Assembly: GCA_040384805.1 (NCBI GenBank)
Contig: JAZKIP010000008.1
Coordinates: forward strand, 100,749-164,748
Source: Patescibacteria group bacterium
GTDB lineage: Bacteria > Patescibacteriota > Minisyncoccia > Phycocordibacterales > UBA9973
Length of the DNA: 64,000 bases
Reading direction: 5' to 3'
The position numbers were made by a program, and so were the translations under genes. Under the pieces are notes generated by a model. It worked only from the letters and a program-made list of their open reading frames with translations, searched no databases and had not been told where the DNA came from. Of the stretch, positions 58,809 through 64,000 are shown piece after piece; the first letter of the stretch is position 1; each line of letters starts with the position of its first letter.

Positions 58809-59124
58809 AATGATGACTTATTGCTTTGCAAGTTTCGCCTGCTATTACATTTTTACTATAGCATACACATGCATATTCGCGCTAACACCAGTATTTCCGT
58901 ATTCGACCTGTTATATTTAGAGTATAAATTTTTGACCTTAAAAAACTTCTAAATTTTTATATATAAGCCAACTATCGTTTCAGCTTATAATAGAAATTAT
59001 TCCTTTCTCCTTTTAAGATCGGAAATAAAAATATAATTCTGAGTCGCATTTTCAAAAACGCCTCATTTTTCTACCTCTTATGCATGCACTAGCAATTATC
59101 AAACATTCGTGGTATAGTGAAAAA

Positions 59125-59403
59125 ATGATGAAAAACATTTATAACAAAGGAATATCGACGCTTGAAGTTGTCATCATTGGGGTTATCATCCTGATCATCA
59201 TTATCATCGGTTTCGGATCAAACTACCGCACATTCGGGAACCAGCCTGTAACATATAGAACATTTAATCAGTATCAGACTGCCCCATCAAGGACAAGCTA
59301 TACAAGCTATCAACTGCCGAGCACAAGTTACACATACTCGTATCCTACGACTACTACGACAGGAGGTACGACAACTGTAACCACGCAGGAGATCGTTCAA
59401 TAG
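59125..59403 (+). CDS. Small pilin-like protein with Thr/Tyr-rich tail
   Basis: NKG|ISTLE followed by a hydrophobic helix resembles a class III signal peptide. Confidence 0.6.
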   Translation: MMKNIYNKGISTLEVVIIGVIILIIIIIGFGSNYRTFGNQPVTYRTFNQYQTAPSRTSYTSYQLPSTSYTYSYPTTTTTGGTTTVTTQEIVQ

Positions 59404-59530
59404 ATTGCGACGACACTACCATTCAAGCAGGAAAAGCGGCCGATAATAAGTGGCCGCTTTTGCTTATAGGCCGATACAAGGAGGATTGATATAATAGGTT
59501 GATGATTTTCAAAAATCATATTCTCACCAT

Positions 59531-60880
59531 ATGACTCACGAGAAAAAACATATAGGGATCATCGGATCAGGCAGATTTACGGAGACCCTTCTTCGCCTCT
59601 TCGGCAACGATTTTGCCATTATCGTCTGTGGACGAAATGATGCATCTCTTCGAGCGCTCAAGAAAAAACATGCCGTTCGAATAACGAAAGATCTCAAGGA
59701 CATGGCAGCATGCGATGCGGTTATTTTTGCCGTGCCGATATCGGCATTACAAGAAGTTCTCTCGCGTTACGCGCCCCTTGCTCCTCAGACGCAAACCTTG
59801 ATAGATGTGCTGTCGATAAAATCATATCCGAAAAGAGTTTTCAAAAAAATAATGAAAGGAAGACATTCCAATATCCTTCTCACTCATCCTCTCTTCGGCC
59901 CCGATAGCAGCAAGAAAGGATTCAAGGGTTTGCCGATCATGATCGACGACAGCATGTGTAACGGCAAAGAAGCGGGATTTTGGACCTCATATTTTAAAAA
60001 GAAAGACTTGAAGATAGTGCCTCTGTCATCAGAAGAGCATGACAAGCTTGCGGCGCGGTCGCAAGGGCTTGCTCATTTTATCGGCCGGGTCCTTGAAGAT
60101 TTTAACATCGAAAGTTCCCCTATCGACACTCTCGGAGCCAAGAAGCTCATGGAAATCAAGGAGCAGACCTGCAGCGACACACGAGAGCTTTTCTCGGATC
60201 TTCAGCACTATAATCCGTATACCAAAGCGATGAGAACGAGCCTCGGCAAAAGCTTTGACCGCATTTTCAACGCTCTTCTGCCTAAGAGATCAGATAATCG
60301 TTTTATTACATTCGGCATACAGGGAGCAGAGGGGAGTTTCTGCGAACAGGCGGCATTCGAGTACATAAAAAACAAAGGCATCAAAAATCCTTCGCTTAAA
60401 TACTTATACACATCAGAGAAAGTTCTCAACGAGCTTCATAAAGGAAATATCGATTTCGGACTATGCGCCCTTCACAACAGCCATGGCGGCGTCGTTGAGG
60501 AAACGCTTTATGCCGTAGCCCGTCATAGATGCGATATCGTTGAAGAATTCTCGATACGAGTCAGACATTTCTTGATGAAAAGAAAAGATATTCCTTCCGA
60601 GAAGATTTCTTCCATCATGGCCCATCCACAAGTGTTTAAGCAATGCAGGCATACTCTCGCGAAACTGTATCCGGAGCTCACAACGATAAGCGGAGCAGGT
60701 GATCTTGTCGATACGGCCCGGGCAGCGCAGGCTCTTTCTACAGGGGAAATTTCGAAAACATACGCTATCCTGGGATCCCGATCTATCGCCGATCTGTATA
60801 ACTTTGATATTATCGGAGAGGATCTTCAGGATGATAAGGATAATCATACGTCGTTCGTCGTATTAAAGAGAGCTCATTGA
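59531..60880 (+). CDS. Bifunctional prephenate dehydrogenase / prephenate dehydratase (TyrA-PheA fusion, no ACT domain)
   Basis: GIIGSGRF, DVLSIK, THPLFGPDS, EHDK..A.SQGLAHF; then QGAEGSF.E.A, NS.GGVV, AHPQ...QC, QD...NHTSF. Confidence 0.88.
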   Translation: MTHEKKHIGIIGSGRFTETLLRLFGNDFAIIVCGRNDASLRALKKKHAVRITKDLKDMAACDAVIFAVPISALQEVLSRYAPLAPQTQTLIDVLSIKSYPKRVFKKIMKGRHSNILLTHPLFGPDSSKKGFKGLPIMIDDSMCNGKEAGFWTSYFKKKDLKIVPLSSEEHDKLAARSQGLAHFIGRVLEDFNIESSPIDTLGAKKLMEIKEQTCSDTRELFSDLQHYNPYTKAMRTSLGKSFDRIFNALLPKRSDNRFITFGIQGAEGSFCEQAAFEYIKNKGIKNPSLKYLYTSEKVLNELHKGNIDFGLCALHNSHGGVVEETLYAVARHRCDIVEEFSIRVRHFLMKRKDIPSEKISSIMAHPQVFKQCRHTLAKLYPELTTISGAGDLVDTARAAQALSTGEISKTYAILGSRSIADLYNFDIIGEDLQDDKDNHTSFVVLKRAH

Positions 60881-61071
60881 CTCCTTTCTCCGGTTTTGTT
60901 ATAAATAAAATATGAATCGGATCGCGCAAAATTTTAGCTTCTGGTATTACACTCCCTACAATTTGAGGGCTGCTATTTTGCTTTATCGATAAATCTCCAT
61001 ACCAATACCAATGAAACAAAATAAGAGCCCTCAAAAGGCTCTTATTTTGTAACTTCAAAACAATAAATAGT

Positions 61072-61323
61072 ATGGAAACAGAAATTCTTCCTTCAGAAAC
61101 CACATTGCAATTTCAGGCTATTGTCGAAATTGTAAACCCTATGGATGATTCAAAAACATTCATAAAAGCAGAAGATGTATTCACTGTTATTATTTCTACC
61201 AACAGAAAAACAGTAGAAATCCAGCCGGTACATAAAGCGGCTGAGGTCATTGAGTACACTGAGTTTGAGGGCATGATAGAACAAAAACAAATCAAGAAGA
61301 TTGAAGAGACAATTACTGTTTAA
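61072..61323 (+). CDS. Hypothetical protein (orphan)
   Basis: 83-aa ORF flanked by hairpins at ~61017-61049 and ~61349-61376. Confidence 0.5.
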   Translation: METEILPSETTLQFQAIVEIVNPMDDSKTFIKAEDVFTVIISTNRKTVEIQPVHKAAEVIEYTEFEGMIEQKQIKKIEETITV

Positions 61324-61374
61324 GGAGTAGGTATGGAATAAAACAAAAAAAAGACCGGGCTTGCCTCGGTCTTT

Positions 61375-61989
61375 TTATATTGCCCCCATTTCTTCGAAAA
61401 CATTCTGGAACATCTTGATGACGCGGCGTCCTTCTACCTGGCTTAAGGGGAATTCCGAACCTTGGTGAGCTATCTGATTGCGGACCACATGAGCATCCCA
61501 TGCATTCTGGATCGAAGCATAGCCTGAGGAACGCGCGCCCTCGAGAAGTTCTGCGACCGTAGTGCCTTCAAAGCCCTTCTCTCTCAGGATTTCCTCAAGC
61601 ATGGTATCGGACTCAATGATGGCAACGCGCCAGTCTGATTCGTTCGGGCTCTCGATAAGCGTCAGGATATAGTGCCAGCGAGGATTTGCATTCCGCGTCT
61701 CTACCGCATCTCGCGCCAAAGCTTCATGGATTTCGTGATCAATCTCTCTTTTCTCATGAAGCTGGATCTCGCGCATGCGGACAAGAGAAAAGATAATGAT
61801 GGCGATAGCGAGAATGGAGAGCAGAGATGAGACAAGCCCGATCGTCGCCCATGTGTGAGAGTTCGTGAAAAATTCAATAATCGGGCGAGCTACTTGCACT
61901 ATCTTATTGAATACGTATTCAATATTGAGGTACGTAGGATCAAAGAGTGGCTTATCTATGATCGACTGTACGGTGTTTGACTGATCCAT
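61375..61989 (-). CDS. Conserved hypothetical membrane protein
   Basis: TM helix; WRVAIIESD.ML...G..G.T..E.L; AW.AH.VRN.IAH. Confidence 0.8.
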   Translation of the reverse strand: MDQSNTVQSIIDKPLFDPTYLNIEYVFNKIVQVARPIIEFFTNSHTWATIGLVSSLLSILAIAIIIFSLVRMREIQLHEKREIDHEIHEALARDAVETRNANPRWHYILTLIESPNESDWRVAIIESDTMLEEILREKGFEGTTVAELLEGARSSGYASIQNAWDAHVVRNQIAHQGSEFPLSQVEGRRVIKMFQNVFEEMGAI

Positions 61990-61999
61990 ATATTCTTAA

Positions 62000-63421
62000 T
62001 TATACTTGTTTTTCAAAATCTTTCCCAATTGCAAAAAGTATATCTTCACGGAAATGCGGCGCCATGATATGAAGTCCCAATGGCAAAGCGTCAGAAGTCG
62101 CGCCTGACGGAATAGATAGCGCAGGTACTCCTGTGATATTGGCAGGAACGGTAAAGAGATCCGACATGTACATGGCAATCGGGTCATTCGTCTTCTCGCC
62201 GAATTTAAACGGCGGAAATGGAACTGTCGGCGTTATGATCGCATCAACATCTTTAAATACGCCTGCAAGCTCGGATTTGATCGCTTCGCGAACTTTCACA
62301 GCCTTATTGTAATACGCGTCATAATAGCCATGAGATAAAATGTAGGTTCCGAGAAGAATACGCCTTCGCGCTTCCTTTCCGAATCCCCTGCCCCGCGTCT
62401 TGGCATACACATCATAGAGCTTGTCGCCAGGAACCGACAAGCCGTAGCGAATGCCATCATAACGGGCGAGATTGCTTGAAACTTCAGCCGGCTGGAGGAT
62501 GTAATAGACAGCCAAGGAATATTTAATAAGCGGCAATGATACGTCAACAAGCTTATACCCGGCATTTTTCAGTTTTTGGCAGCTCTCTTCAAAATTCTTA
62601 AGAACTTCCTGATTGATTCCGTCTCCCGAAAGGAAGGAACGCGGAATGCCGAGTCGCTTTTTAACAGGCGCTGTGACGCCATTCTTCCTGATTTCTTTCG
62701 GAATCGATGTGCTGTCATTCTCGTCATATCCGTCGATCGCCCCGTATAAGATCTCCACATCGCGAACTGTTTTTCCTATCGGGCTGACCTGATCAAGGGA
62801 ACTTGCCATTGAAACGATTCCAAAGCGCGACACGTTACCATACGTGGGCTTGAGCCCGACAAGGCCGGTAAAAGATGCCGGCTGGCGGACCGATCCGCCG
62901 GTATCGGAACCAAGGGAAACGAGAGCGCCATCCATGGCGACTGCCGCAACCGATCCGCCGGATGTTCCTCCGGGAACATAATCCCTGTTGACCGGATTGC
63001 GGGTTATGCCGTAAGCGCTTGTCTCAGTCGATGAACCCATGGCAAATTCATCCATATTCACGCGGCCGAGAAGCACTGCTCCCTCTTTTTTCAACTGCTT
63101 CACGACGCCGGCATCATAGGTAGCCCTGTAATTCTCCAGAATCTTCGATCCTGCCGAAGCGATATGGTCCTCGACAAGCATATTGTCTTTGAGAGCCACG
63201 GGGATTCCGGTCATGAGCGTTGCCGTGCCATGCGCGAACATTTCTTCGGCTTTGTGAGCCTGAGTCATGACATCGTCATACACCTCAAGATAGGCGTTTA
63301 TGTCGCCGTTTTTTTCTTTGATGCTATCGAGATAGGCAGCCGCTAAGTCACTCGGGCTAAAATCGCCGTTCTTAAAATAAGCATGCGTCTTTTCAATTGT
63401 CAGATTTTCAAGATCGATCAT
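62000..63421 (-). CDS. gatA: Asp-tRNA(Asn)/Glu-tRNA(Gln) amidotransferase subunit A
   Basis: NMDEFAMGSSTE, PGGTSGGS, GSDTGGSVRQPA, SSNLARYDG.RYG, RRILLGT. Confidence 0.97.
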   Translation of the reverse strand: MIDLENLTIEKTHAYFKNGDFSPSDLAAAYLDSIKEKNGDINAYLEVYDDVMTQAHKAEEMFAHGTATLMTGIPVALKDNMLVEDHIASAGSKILENYRATYDAGVVKQLKKEGAVLLGRVNMDEFAMGSSTETSAYGITRNPVNRDYVPGGTSGGSVAAVAMDGALVSLGSDTGGSVRQPASFTGLVGLKPTYGNVSRFGIVSMASSLDQVSPIGKTVRDVEILYGAIDGYDENDSTSIPKEIRKNGVTAPVKKRLGIPRSFLSGDGINQEVLKNFEESCQKLKNAGYKLVDVSLPLIKYSLAVYYILQPAEVSSNLARYDGIRYGLSVPGDKLYDVYAKTRGRGFGKEARRRILLGTYILSHGYYDAYYNKAVKVREAIKSELAGVFKDVDAIITPTVPFPPFKFGEKTNDPIAMYMSDLFTVPANITGVPALSIPSGATSDALPLGLHIMAPHFREDILFAIGKDFEKQV

Positions 63422-63696
63422 AAAATTTGCTTGACCTTAAGGAAGCCATTCTCAGAATCAGGCATCTGCTCGAGGATTTTTTCCGTATATGAGCCGGGGG
63501 TATTCGTTACGGCATCGTTCCTCATGACATTTTCAATCACATACGAAGGTTCAATGTCCGACATTTCAGTCACTTCCTGAACCTGCCCGACATACGCCAA
63601 AATGGGATCGAATTGGTCGGCCATTTCCATCATTTCTTCTTCGGACATATCGAGACGAGCCATGGCTGCCAGATTTTTTATATCGCTTAGTTGCAT
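63418..63696 (-). CDS. gatC: Amidotransferase subunit C
   Basis: I.NLA.MARL, IL.YV, NVMR.D, P...NGF.KV. Confidence 0.92.
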   Translation of the reverse strand: MQLSDIKNLAAMARLDMSEEEMMEMADQFDPILAYVGQVQEVTEMSDIEPSYVIENVMRNDAVTNTPGSYTEKILEQMPDSENGFLKVKQIL

Positions 63697-63725
63697 ACGA
63701 TTAGAATACCATATTTTAACGATAT

Positions 63726-64000
63726 TTACAGCATTTCAAGGAATGCCGCCTCGTCAAGAACGATCACTCCTAATTTTATTGCGTCATTATGTTTGCCTCC
63801 CGGCTCGCTCCCGGCAACGACATATGACGTATTTTTTGAAACCGAGGAAGAGACTTTCCCGCCGAGATCCGTGATTTTCTTTTTGGCTTCATCTCGCGAC
63901 AGCGACGAAAGAGTGCCTGTCAAAACGAAGGTCTGTCCCGCAAACTTCCCGCCTTTCTGCTTTTGCGTTTTCTCTATAGTGACTCCATTGGCGCGAAGCT
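63726..64000 (-). CDS. ligA: NAD-dependent DNA ligase, C-terminal BRCT part (partial)
   Basis: [43 protein letters not shown]. Confidence 0.92.
   Translation of the reverse strand, partial: LRANGVTIEKTQKQKGGKFAGQTFVLTGTLSSLSRDEAKKKITDLGGKVSSSVSKNTSYVVAGSEPGGKHNDAIKLGVIVLDEAAFLEML

Noticed and set aside
1-64000. Alternative genetic code 25 (TGA=Gly)
   Set aside because: Long genes are open in code 11, and some end at TGA at their expected C-termini (e.g. 60880, 63418).

Overview
The window looks like part of a Patescibacteria (CPR, Parcubacteria-like) chromosome. This is inferred from the gene set, the short RF2, and many small orphan genes with little sign of Shine-Dalgarno motifs; TGA is used as a stop, so genetic code 11 applies. 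Core genes (pyrG, ftsE/ftsX, prfB, ppa, gatA/gatC, 3' end of ligA) and six tRNA genes lie in the right third. The left two-thirds is accessory: hydrolases, an ABC exporter, surface proteins, an isolated NADP-isocitrate dehydrogenase, a ~16 kb co-oriented run of small genes, and a large-serine-recombinase element next to tRNA-Gln. Four signals stand out. (1) A 195-nt group I intron splits tRNA-Thr(GGT) at position 36/37. (2) One family of ~160-250 bp palindromic elements has ends copied from the 3' end of the local tRNA (Gln or Asp) around a shared internal core, and sits among truncated or repeat-flanked gene cassettes. (3) A strand-specific intergenic motif, GCTCGAGA, recurs at gene junctions downstream of tRNA-Gln. 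(4) Many genes have a -10 box about 6 nt before the ATG, which suggests leaderless transcription. All calls come from reading the sequence by eye; no database searches were run.
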